Positions 52,840-64,000 of a DNA stretch of 64,000 bases are shown here, one piece after another; position 1 is the stretch's first letter, and the number at the start of each line of letters is the position of its first letter. The notes under the pieces were generated by a model that did not search any database, was not told where the DNA came from, and worked only from the letters and a program-made list of their open reading frames with translations. A program made the translations under genes and the position numbers. The stretch lies in NCBI GenBank assembly GCA_035221665.1, contig CM069134.1, positions 86,862,001 to 86,926,000 of the forward strand, given 5' to 3'. Origin of the DNA: Okamejei kenojei (lineage: Eukaryota).

Positions 52840-53920
52840 ATTCCCTCGAACCTCTACCGATGCGCTATAGAAATTATTCTGACAGGATGCATCAGCTTGG
52901 TATGCCAACTACTTTGCTATTGATTGCTTGAACCTGCAGAGGGTGGTAAACACAGCCCTGGTTGTCTCAGGCTTGTCACTTCATTCCATCCAGCCCATCC
53001 TCACGGTGCTTTGTTTCAGGAGGGCCAGCAGAATCGTCAGCGATGCCTGCCACCCTGGCTATTTTCTTTTCCCTCTTCTACCCTATGGATAAAGATACCA
53101 GCTTGAAAAATCAGATGTCCAGACTTAAGAACAGCTTCATCTCCATTGCTATCAGACCTACGAACCGATCACCTCTTTCACACCTCCTTCCCGGAGGTGC
53201 TGCCACGTACGCTTACCCTTAACTCAACCTCATTCAATTTTCCTGTTATAGTATATGTTTTCTTGCACTACCTCAGATTACACTACAATCCTGCACCATT
53301 CTACTATTTTGCACTCGAGGTTGTATTTATTGTTGTGTTTATCATTACTGTTATGTAAACTCATTACTCTGTAAGATTCATGTGAACAAGGGATGTCATT
53401 GCACCTTGGTGTATATATTACGATCATTGGGAACAGCTCTATCCAAGATCACAAGAAATTGCAGAGAGTTGTGGACGTAGCCCAGGCCATCACGCAAACC
53501 AACCTCCCTTCTATTGAATCCATCTACACTTCATGCTGCCTCGGCAAGGCCACCAGCATAATCAAGGACCAGTCTCACCCCAGTCACTCACTCTTCTCCC
53601 CTCTCCCATCAAGCACATACCTCCAGATTCAGGGACAGTTTCTTCCCTGCTGTTAACAGGCAACTGAAGCGTCCTCTCACTAGCTAGAGTCCAGTCCTGA
53701 CCTCCTATTAACCTCATTGGAGATCGTTGAACTATCTTTAATTGGTCTTTATGGTACTTTATCTTACACAGAATGTTGTACCCTTTATCCTTTATCGGTA
53801 ACACTGTGGGTGGCTGATTATAATTATGTATAGCCTTTTATTTGACTGGATAGCAAGCAAGGAAAATGCTTTTCACTGTACCTCAGTGCATGTGACAATA
53901 AGCTAAACTACATTAAACTA
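52840..53920 (+). mobile_element. Two tandem Rex1/Babar-like LINE 3' fragments
   Basis: GNSSIQDHKKLQRVVDVAQAITQTNLPSIESIYTS.CLGKA.SIIKD.SHP.HSLFSPLPS. Confidence 0.75.
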
Positions 53921-54196
53921 ATATATCAACAAACTACTCTGAAACAGAATCTCTGAATCCATTGAGAATTCATTGAGTACCTGATAGAGAAGTGAGGCGA
54001 CCTGTGCCCCTCTTTCTAGGCAACAGAATGGATGGATTGTTGTAATGTAGGCTACAATCCAACACATGATCATTGATGTCTTCCATAGGTGGAGTAAAAG
54101 TACAGAAACTGCCCCTTCAACCCATTGGGTCCATGTCATCCCTTGACACTGACCAACCGACATGACTCTGGGATGGTGGGATCAATATGGAGCACT

Positions 54197-54324
54197 NNNN
54201 NNNNNNNNNNNNNNNNNNNNNNNNNNNNNNNNNNNNNNNNNNNNNNNNNNNNNNNNNNNNNNNNNNNNNNNNNNNNNNNNNNNNNNNNNNNNNNNNNNNN
54301 NNNNNNNNNNNNNNNNNNNNNNNN
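54197..54324. other. Assembly gap (N run)
   Basis: Direct inspection. Confidence 1.
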
Positions 54325-55186
54325 ATGCAGTCACAAGATAAACTCCACATGAAGTATGGGAGGCAGCTGTACCACATATCACCAATGCAGCCATAGGGCA
54401 GAGGCCTTGGTGAATTTGGTTCAGGGAGCTGACTGTCTGCAGGAAGGGGCTCTACTGTGGGACTAGTGACAAAGTAGTTGTCCTCAGATTAGATACATCC
54501 CACTGCACAAACAGTATTACAGGAATTTTAACCAGAGAAATATTTACTATCAGATATTCAAATTCAGCTCACTGCGAAGCTGTTTTTTTGCACTGGCCGA
54601 TTTGACGTACTGGGTGAATGTCTGAACCCTCATGGTTTACAGAATCTTAATCCCAGGTGAGCAGTGTGTGGACAACATGGCAGTGAAATAAATGCCTCCA
54701 TATCTCACCCTTCATGTGCATGTTCCACTGCGAATGGCCTTTGCTACGTATCATGCTGGGCAGATGAGAAGTATGTCATCTCTCAATCCCAGGGAAACCA
54801 TGCAGACTGCTGAACTGCTGCTGATTTAAGGATCTGAGCACCTTACAAGAGCAATCAGCTCAAACTGGCTTACGCTACTTTATGGATTGGGTCACTGGTA
54901 GTGTGAGCTATCATCATTAACTCTGTGATCATAGCAATGAGTGCCATTTCACGACTTCCCGCAGTGATGGTCCTAATCGATGATCCATTTTTAAAACTGC
55001 TTTCTTTCCATTCCTTGAACCTGAGCCACGCAGTCCACTTTAATACAGCTGTAACTTTACATGTTAAAAGGAAGGAAGGGCACTGAAATATTAACTCCAA
55101 GAATTGATCTGCGAAACAAAATTGTGAATATTATGTATAGTGAGTGTGAGGGCACCAGGTTCAGCAGCCCTATAATTTCTTGAGAA

Positions 55187-55267
55187 AGAGTTGCGTTTGC
55201 TAAAATTATCCCATGATACTTCAGAGTTGCGTTTGCTAAAATTATCCCACGATACTTCAGAGTTGCG
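55187..55267. repeat. 36-bp tandem duplication (2.25 copies)
   Basis: agagttgcgtttgctaaaattatcccaYgatacttc at 55187, 55223 and 55259. Confidence 0.95.
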
Positions 55268-55336
55268 GCATCAGTTTAAAAAAAAAACATCTTTCAGGAC
55301 CTCAATTGTCACAGAGAAGGTTAACATTTAATGCTC

Positions 55337-55715
55337 CTAGAAACATAGAAATAGGTGCAGGAGTAGGCCATTCAGCCCTTCGTGCCAGCACCGCCATTCA
55401 ATATGATTATGACTGATCATCCAAAATCATTATCCCGTTTCTGCTTTCTCACCATATCCCTCGATTCCATTAGCCCCTAAGAGCTATATCTAACACTCTC
55501 TTGAATCATCCAGTGAATAGGCCTCCACTACCTTCTGTGGCAGAGAGTTCCACAAATTCACAACTCTCTTGGTGAATTTTTTTTCCTCATCTCAGTCCTA
55601 AATGGACTACCCCTTATTCTTAAACTGTGACCCCTGGTTCTGGACTCCCCCAACATCGGGAATATTTTTCCTGCATCCAATCCCTTAAGAATTTTATAGG
55701 TTTCTATAAGATTAT
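55337..55715 (-). mobile_element. CR1/HER1 LINE 3' fragment
   Basis: LIETYKILKGLDAGKIFPMLGESRTRGHSLRIRG and ctatgttt tail. Confidence 0.9.
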
Positions 55716-56479
55716 CATTAACGGCCCCTTGAGAAACTAGTGAGGGCAAGTGGATCACATGCTGGATTTTAGGAATCAAACACATGTTGGGTCTGGAGTT
55801 ATATGTGAGCTAGACTTGGTAAGGATGGCTAATTTCCTTCTATAAAGTGAACCAGATAGGTTTTTAACAACAATCTGGTCATTTTTAAGGGCATTATTAC
55901 GAAGATTGTTTTGTCTTCCAGATTATTAGCAGATAAAAATATGAGATCTGTGGAAATCTGGTGCAGAGGTGGAGTCCAGGTTAAGATTCAAGTTTTTGGT
56001 TTATTATTGTCATGTACAGTGAAAAGTTTGTTTTGCATGTTATCCAACTTGATCAGGTAATAATATACATAAACAGTATCACGCCAAGTTTGAATACAAT
56101 AGAGAGAGCAAAATGGAAGCTACAGTGCAGAATATGTTCTTTGCAATGTCGAGCATCAGTTCCAGAGACAAAGTCCAATGTCCGCAATGTGGTAGAGATG
56201 AATCGGACAGTACCCTAGCTTATATAAGGATTGTTCAGAAGCCTGATATCAGAGGTGAAGGTCTGGGCTAGTTGTGTTATAATCATTTTCAATGGTGGGC
56301 AGGTTTAAGGGGCCAGGTGACCACCCTCTGCTCCTATTTCCTTATGTTCCTGAGTTTGGTTCTACAGCTGCTATCTTGAATAGCTGCACTCTGTCTGGTC
56401 TAGGCATCCCTGCAGCAATGTTGGGGAAAAAAGTTCTGAGACCCAGCAATGGTGATGGACATCAGGATGTAGAAACATG

Positions 56480-56950
56480 GAACTGGAGATGCTGATTAAT
56501 ACACAAAAGAACTCAAAGTGATGGAATAACTCAGCCGGTTGGGCAGCATCTCTGGAGAACATGGCTAGTTGATATTTCAGTTTGAGACTTTTCCACAGAC
56601 TGATTGTAGGGGGAGGGGGAGAAGAAACCTAAAAGATGGGAGAGGCATGATAAAGCGTGGCAGGTAATTGATGGACATAGACTAAGTGGGGGGGGGTGGT
56701 GGTAGGGGGGTGCGGGGTGGTATTGATAGGCAGACGATTGGAACGTAGACCAGAGATAAAAGCAGAAGATGTGAGACGGGGTTGTAGAATTGCAAATGTT
56801 GACGCTTGAGGGAGGAACATTGCCGGGGGGGGGGGGGGATGTAATATATGGGAGTCTAGCTTTACAGGGGAAGAGAGGGGGAGGGGAAAATAAAGGGGGG
56901 TGTGGAAAAAAAGTGGGGGGGGGGGTTGTGGGGGGACTTAGTAGGAGGTT
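56480..56950 (-). mobile_element. Penelope-like pseudo-LTR/3' UTR fragment
   Basis: Similar to 32480-32880. Confidence 0.65.
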
Positions 56951-57120
56951 ACATGGAGAGGAAACTGCAGGTGATGGTATTCCACTGCACCAGCTGCTCT
57001 TGTCCATGGTAGTAGAGGTCAAGGGTTTGCGAGTAGGGTTGGGAGTGATAACAGCATCTATTTTAGATGGTCCTTAGTGGATAGAGTGACAATCAAGCAG
57101 ACTGTTGAGCTTCATCAGTG

Positions 57121-57412
57121 CAGGCCATCCCCAACTAACGAAGAGGTTCATTTTTACAGCTGTTCATATGTCAACCATGTCTGTAAATAAGAAACCTCAC
57201 TTTTTATGGTAAACAAATGGTAAACACTGTAATTGTTATATGGTTATATGAATGTAATCTGAGAAGCTGAGAGCGCGAGGAAACCAATTCCGCCATTCGT
57301 AGGAACTAATGTATGAAGGTACGAAGGATTTCTGAACGTAATGATATTATGGGAGCTTGTTTCTATGTACAGGTGTCCATAAGCTGTATCTTTGTAACCC
57401 GGGGATGAACTG
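57121..57412. mobile_element. Possible old Tigger/Tc1-mariner-like MITE
   Basis: Degenerate TIRs caggccatccccaactaacgaaga vs revcomp cagttcatccccgggttacaaaga; TA TSD not preserved. Confidence 0.45.
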
Positions 57413-57914
57413 CACTGTTCGAGCTCCACTCATCGAGGAATGGACAACACCAACGTCCAATATATGATCAGAATAGGAATAATCTGCAAATCTACGTCAC
57501 TCACATTCAGCACAGTTTGTTTTGACAAAGTGCAGTTACACTACAGTAACTTTTCTTTCAGTTTGAAGAATATCTTACGAGGACATGGTGAGAGTCACTC
57601 AGCTCTGTGGGTCACATTTGTAAAAAGAGGTCTTATTTCTTTACTTAAAAGTATTAGATGTGTCTCTAAACTAACAAGAAATTACCTGAATTGTGGTGAT
57701 ATACTGCCGTTAACAACCATTTATATGGATTGACACAAAACTTATTTTGGAAATTCATGTTCTAAACTATATTTCATCCCTGTTCGTGGCATATCTCGTG
57801 ATTAAAAGAGTACTGACGAGAGAATTTAGCAACCTGTATATTGTGAGCCTTTTTTGCCCTGAAAAATTGCTAATGACAATTTGTTGAGTTAGCAATTCAA
57901 TTGTGTCTGGAGAC

Positions 57915-58010
57915 AAATTCTGATGAAGGGTCAATGGCCCGAAAAGTTGACCGGTTTCCCTCTCCACAGATGCTGCTTTACTGACTGATCCCCATCAGCA
58001 TTTCTGTTGT
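57915..58010 (+). mobile_element. Penelope-derived short element with canonical CUGAUGA hammerhead core
   Basis: CTGATGA(57920) a gggtc-aat-ggccc GAAA. Confidence 0.65.
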
Positions 58011-59089
58011 TATGACAACTTCTGAGCCAGTTGTATTGGGCCAGATTTGATGCAGCAGTTGTTCCCGTGTTAGATCTGTCTGGATGGGCTTAGCATGTAA
58101 AATCGTCTGTCATGTGAGGGGAGATTCATCAGAATGGGCCGAACTCTCATGAATTTAGCAGAAAGAGTGTTGACCTTATTGATCCAAAATTCATCTCAAC
58201 ATCCCTGATTGCATACAGTGTTGATGTTTCTGTTGGCTGGGATATCTGAAACCAGGGATCATAGTCTTAAAATCAGGAATCAGCCATTCAGAATGTAGAT
58301 GAGAAGAGGTTTCTGTACTCAGACAGTCTTTGGAGTTCTGAATCTCTGGAGTTCTCAGTCCATGAAAGGCAACAGCGGCTCAGTTGCTGAGTATATTCAA
58401 CATTGTGATCAATATATTCTTAGATATTAGGTGAATCTTGGATGTGGGGTTGGAGCAGCGGAGTAGCGTCATGATCTAAGCACATGATGCATCAGGAAAA
58501 AGGGACCAATCTTCTGTTTGGAAGCCTTGGAAGGGGAGAGTGTAGTGAGGGTAAGTATGGCATCAGGGAACAACAACATCAGTGGTTCAATTCCTCAACC
58601 AGGAGAAGAAAATGCTTGAGAAGTAACCTGGTGAATTCAGAAAAAGTGATTTCAATGAAATTGTCTTGTATTCACTAATGTGATATGAGTACCCCTGGCA
58701 AGGCCAACATTTATTGCCCTGGATGATGAGCCAACTTCTTGGGCTGTTGCGAACCCAGTACTCACATTGGGAGTTCCAGGATTTATACCCAGTGACAGTG
58801 AAAGACCAACGATAAATTTCCCAGTCTGGATGGTGCGCAACTTGGAGGAAACTTGCAGGCGGTGGTGGTGCTCCCATCTGCCTGCAGCCTTTGACCCTGT
58901 GTTGGAGGTCACATATTTTTGGAGATAGTAGTCTGGGTGAGTAACAGTAGTGCATTTTGTAGATGGCACAAGGTGCAACCATAGTGTGTGGCGGTAGAGG
59001 GAATGGACCTTCTGGCTGGTGGATGAGGTAGAGATAAAATGTAAACAGACTAAGAAAAAAACTGGACATTATGGTTTAAAACAATAAAT

Positions 59090-59930
59090 CTATTAAATGA
59101 GAGAATGAAAATCTTACTTCAAACTATTTATAATCTCGGAAGGGAGTGATTGATTGGCAGTCATTATGAATTATTTCATCATCAGGATGTTTCTTGCACT
59201 ATTGTTAGAGTTAATTATTTTACAGCCAATTTAATGATAATTAGTGTCCAGACAAAGGAACAGGGAGGTAAAGATCCATTTTCTCTAAGCTATTGCCTTA
59301 TCCAGTGATTGGCAATGATATGCAGCGATGTCTTCCCAAAACAGAGTATCTGATGATTTTGTCAGAAGGACGAGGGAAGAGAAACTGTCTCCGCGAGCTT
59401 GGACTCCTACCCACTGCAGACCCCAGTCCGCAGTCCTCACATCAGTGGCCAGTGTGTTACGAGCGCATTGTAACAATCGCCCATTACCCGAGGCCTCGCC
59501 ACAAGACATGATAGGGACAATTTCTGATGCCAGTGGATGTAACTCTGAAATAACAAAATTCCAAATCGTCAGCGTCTGTGAGACTCGCCAGAGGCAAGAG
59601 CTTTGATTAAAAAAAGTGTCCTTTTTTATACCTTCACAATTAATCCATGATTATCTCCAGTAAGTTGAAGCAGGGAACACTGACAGCTTTTTTTTTTTGC
59701 AGTGTGTATTCTGGAGATGAACTGACTGTCAGTACAGATCCATCTGGCAAGCAGCTTTTAAATTCAATTTTTTTTTCAATAAAAAAGATTGTACATTTTC
59801 TTTTAAAACTATGAACATTTTGCATCTGAATTTGCCTCAATGTGACCAGTGCAAATGAAAAATATATAATTGGAGTGGCTTGTTCAAAATCTGAGATGTT
59901 TTCTGCGTCCTAATGTGTCCCATTATTAGC
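59090..59930. promoter_or_regulatory. Candidate conserved non-coding element cluster
   Basis: TGATTGATTGGCAG at 59147-59160, TTAATTA, TAATTAG and ACAAAG; repeat-free. Confidence 0.45.
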
Positions 59931-60115
59931 TAGAGAGAGAGAGAGAGGGAAGGAGAGACCAGCTCTTGGAGAATGCAGAAAAGGAAATTAGGCCACAGTA
60001 GCTGAATTGGCATTGGATAGAATCTCCAAGAGTTTATTATTCGTAGCAGTACTCCATCAAATCTGCCCCCCACCCCGATGAACAGAGCTATCATCCTAGC
60101 CTTTTTTATTTCTCC

Positions 60116-60117
<2 letters not shown>

Positions 60118-60186
<69 letters not shown>

Positions 60187-60196
60187 TGTGTGTGTG
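60118..60196. repeat. (TG)n microsatellite
   Basis: Direct inspection. Confidence 0.98.
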
Positions 60197-61293
60197 TTAT
60201 TCAGCTGCCAGTACTAGTGGGAGAGGTACAGAACTGTCACTTCTCGTCAGCTCCTGTTTGTGAGGCCCTTTTTTTTCACTTCTTGCAGCTGCTGTGCAAC
60301 ATTCTGTCCGCACTATTGAAGACCTGAATGGAATTGTATGCGGAAGGGAAAAAAAAATCCCACACACTATGCAAGGATTGCTGCCCATCCTACTCAGGTG
60401 GGCCTGTGTCGCAGGGACCACGAGCCATTCTCTGTCTTTTATCTTTCCAAGTGGGGAGCCCGTTTGGCAAAGACTCACTCTCTCTCGGTACCCTGTCTAA
60501 AACCTGTTTACACAGGCCGTCTTGCGTTAAGTAGTCACCACTGAAAACCACAATTATCAAGAGCCCAGCTCCTGATAATTGCTTACACGAGGCAGGAGCT
60601 GTCATTTTGGGTTCAAATGTCACAACAAAGTGCCCTCATTATTAAACTGTAGAGAAATCTCATTGTTTGTGTATATGTGTGTATGTGTCCGTGTGTGTAT
60701 GCGTATGTGCATGTGTGGTAGGTGGGAGTTGTTTTTTTGTTTTCCCATCCTAGCCAGGAATTTTAAAATGCTTTTTTTTCCTCTTTTTTTGGGAGGGAGG
60801 GATTTGGGGGTAAACCTGTTGATGTTGTTTAGAGCACACGTCTGCTTTAAAAGCTACCCTCACGGTATAAATAATGGACATTTTTTGACAAGCTTCACTG
60901 TGAGAATCCTTGAACATCAAACGTGCATCACAGCTTGGAGGCAAAAAGATGGGCATGTGTGATCTAGCTGAGAGAGAGAGAGAGACAAATGGTTGATGGA
61001 ACAACTCCATCTAGGGATTTGTGACAAGGAAATGGCATTCAAAAGCTCAGACATCTGTCGGGGTGGAGAATATTGGCACCTGTCATGCCGTTTCAGTCAT
61101 GACTTTTAATAAATCCACTTTCCCTTAGGTAAAATTGGAACTATGTGTAATATTAGCTCCAAGCGTATCTTGTTCTTTCCTTCAAAGCCCTTCCAAGTAT
61201 GTAAGGTGCTTATATGAATATAAGAACAATAATATATTTCTGAATTGCATTTTATTCCTGTTCTGGGCAATTTTTCTTTGTTTCCAAAGCATG

Positions 61294-61314
61294 CCCCCCT
61301 CCCCCTCCCCCCCC

Positions 61315-61357
<43 letters not shown>
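61294..61357. repeat. Poly-C tract
   Basis: Direct inspection. Confidence 0.95.
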
Positions 61358-61361
<4 letters not shown>

Positions 61362-61494
61362 TATCTTTTGCCAAATGCCTCCTCTTGCTTGGGGAAAGAA
61401 ACAGCCATTGCCAACATATTGTAAGAGAAAGAGAGAGAGAGACTGTTAATAGAGTAAATTTAGCCTAGGGAAGTATGAATGTCATAAAAAAGCT

Positions 61495-61800
61495 GGTTGG
61501 GATTTGTTGCTGTCAGTCAATAAATCAGTCAGGGTTTAATTACCCATCGCATGATGGGGAGCAGTGACAGGCACAGTGTGTATGTGCCAGCGTTTCTTGT
61601 TTGCCAAACGTTGGGAGAAAAGAAACGGGGGAGAGGGGTGGATCCCGTTCCGCAATTTGCTTGCATTCCCCTCTGCCCCCCTCCCCACTTTATTTGTTGT
61701 CAGTTTAAACCATTTTAAATCCCTTTCTTTGTCAAATTTATGGTTATCTCTTATGGGCGATGCCGAAAAATTATGCTGACTATATACACGACTTGTGAAC
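61495..61800. promoter_or_regulatory. Candidate Hox/Pbx/Meis-responsive element
   Basis: Minus strand TGATTTAT-TGACTGACAG at 61510-61527, TGACAG 61565, TTTATGG near 61737. Confidence 0.45.
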
Positions 61801-61949
61801 CACACTTCTGCCTCTCTGCTGCCTGCACCTCAAAAGATCTGCTCCCAGTATCAGACTGGAGGTTCTAGTATATTTTGGCTCTTTGAAGGACCCTGTGGTA
61901 ACACCTTGGTGTAAGGAGACTCAACAACGTGTTAAAATTCCTTAGAAAG

Positions 61950-62385
61950 GCTGCAAAATGCTGGAGTAACGCAGCAGGTCAGGCAGCATTTCTAGATCGC
62001 ATAGATAAGTGACGGTCGGGTCAGGACCCTTCTTCAGACTGATTGCAGGGGTGGGGCGGGAACGAAAGCGGGAAAAGAGGAGAGGCATGAGATAGCATGG
62101 CTGGTAATAGGTGAACACAGGCAAGGGGTTTTTTTAGATAAGCAGATTATTGGACAAAGTTTCACTTATTACCTATTAAATAATAATAGTAAATATTAAA
62201 TGTTAACCTATTACTGGCTGTACAGCTTTTTTCCCACCCCCCTGCAATAAGTCTGAAGAAGGATCCTGACTGGAAACATCACCTATCCATGTTCTCCAGA
62301 GATGCTGTCCAACATACTGAGTTACTCCTGCAATTTGTTTCTTTCTTTGGTATAAACCAACATCTGCCGTTCCTTGTTATTGCAT
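61950..62385. mobile_element. Penelope-derived fold-back element
   Basis: Minus arm from 61950 and plus arm 62225-62385, each with CTGAAGA. Confidence 0.75.
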
Positions 62386-63079
62386 TTGACTGTTAAAATT
62401 CCTTGGTGTTTTCACTCCTCCTGCCCGTTCAAACTTGCTACAAACCCTCCAGTGATCCCAGTGCTCAGCTTTCTGGCTGATGATACTCACCTACCTTCCA
62501 TCAGGTCATTAGTGGCGACTGTGACCTCAGCTGCCTGAGCACTGATTTCCTGTATCTCCTCCCCAACTCTGTGTGTCTCCCTCTCCCTGTGCTCCTGTAA
62601 GTCACGCCATCAAATAAAAACTTTAAAGAACATCATATGACTCTGGACCACAGGAGATCAAGCTTTAACCAAGCTAGTGGCAAAATCTCGTTAAGTAGTT
62701 AGGTGTTAATATTTGTTAACGAGGAACTTTGGGGCCTATTACTGCAATGTACAGTAAGTTGTTGTTCATATGACATACAATGACAGCACACTCCATACAG
62801 GCAAACAACACGTTGTATGTTCTTACCTTGAAATTCACCGCAAGTTTTGAATTTGCAATGGACTTTCAGACAGAAATAACGAACATGTAGACATACAGGC
62901 CTAGAAATTGTGTTCTACAAGGCGAGACCTATTAAACAGGCAGTAGACAGCAGGCCAGAATACTTTTGTGCACAACCCCGAGAACATGTCCACCATGTGG
63001 AGTGTTTTCAGGCCTTTAGGTTTGCCTGGATTCAGCAAGATTCAAACTTGTCTGTGGAAAACAATTGAGATGAGTATTG

Positions 63080-63740
63080 TGTGCATTTCTGGTTGCCTCG
63101 TTATAGGAAGGATATGGTTGAGATGGTGGGAATGCAGAGGAGATTCACCAGGATGTTACTTGGATTGGAGGACTTTGGTTGTGGAGATAGTTTGGATCGG
63201 AGGGGCTTGTTTTCCCTGGAGCACAGGAGTCTGAGGTGCGTAAGATAGAAGTGCATAAAGAGTCGATAGATAGGGTAGGGAGTCAAAATAATTTCCCCAC
63301 GATAGGAGAATCAAAATCAAGCGTAGCTTTGAGGTGATAGAAAGTAGTGCTAAAGGGGATCTGAAGGGAAAGCATTTTACACAGAGTAGTTGATATCTGG
63401 AACTCGGTAGAGGAGATGATGGAATCAGTTACAATCACTATGTTGACGTGACATTTAAACAGACAATTGAATGCGCACGGTACAGTAGGATATGGAGGCA
63501 CAGGAGACTGCAGATGCTGGAATCTTGAGCAAAAGACAAAGTGCTGGAGGAACTCAATAGGTTGGGCAGCATCTGGGGAGGGACTGGCAAGGTGGTGTTT
63601 TGGGTCGGGACCTTTTTTCAAACTGGAAAGATTTGGACCTAATGCGGGCAAATAGGATTAGTGTAAATGGGCACAAAGGTTCGATATGGATGTGGTGAAT
63701 TGAAGGGGCCGTTGCTGTGATGTGCAATCCGTGACTTTAT
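63080..63740 (+). mobile_element. Degraded CR1 3' fragment interrupted by a PLE short element (about 63495-63625)
   Basis: CR1 motifs on both sides of the insert. Confidence 0.7.
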
Positions 63741-64000
63741 GAGTAAGGGTGCAGAATTCATGCTGACAATTCAGTGCAGAACAAAAGGAGTGCTGCACCA
63801 TCAGAGGTAGCTTCCATTGCATGTGATATCAAACCAGACCATCATCTGCTGTCTCAAGCAGCTAAAATAAGGTGCCACAACAAGGTTTTGCCTATTTCTA
63901 CCCAGTTTACTGGACAATATTTATTTCCCCCTCCCCAGCAGACAAATTGCCTTGTCTGGTCATGTTTTCATTAGTGTTCATATGTGCAGGGTTAAGTCAT

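Noticed and set aside
59328-59606. 92-aa ORF as a host exon
   Set aside because: No recognisable domain or convincing splice signals; lies within a CNE-like block
61106-61449. Gly/Pro-rich ORFs
   Set aside because: Produced by the poly-C tract, whose length may also be a sequencing artefact

Overview
Repeat-rich vertebrate genomic DNA, almost certainly from a cartilaginous fish (skate/ray-like), judged from abundant HE1-type V-SINEs, HER1/CR1 LINE 3' ends, Deu-domain SINEs and Penelope-derived short elements. I found no convincing host protein-coding exon. Nearly all listed ORFs are spurious or TE fragments. The window reads as a large intron or gene desert, with many repeat-free, homeodomain-motif-rich blocks that look like conserved non-coding enhancers (unverified without alignment). 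Most notable: (1) a 130-bp retroposon (31801-31930, minus) with a perfect 12-bp TSD whose first nucleotide is G1 of a minimal HDV/CPEB3-like ribozyme fold; (2) about 20 Penelope-derived short elements carrying minimal hammerhead cores, many arranged as fold-back hairpins, plus a parent RT/GIY-YIG fragment; (3) a decayed Academ-type DNA transposon with an XPG/FEN1-like nuclease; (4) Harbinger, hAT and Tigger-like MITEs, and a nested GC-rich retroposon with a 38-bp tandem array. Repeat boundaries are approximate unless TSD/TIR coordinates are given. Family names come from recalled consensus features, not database searches.
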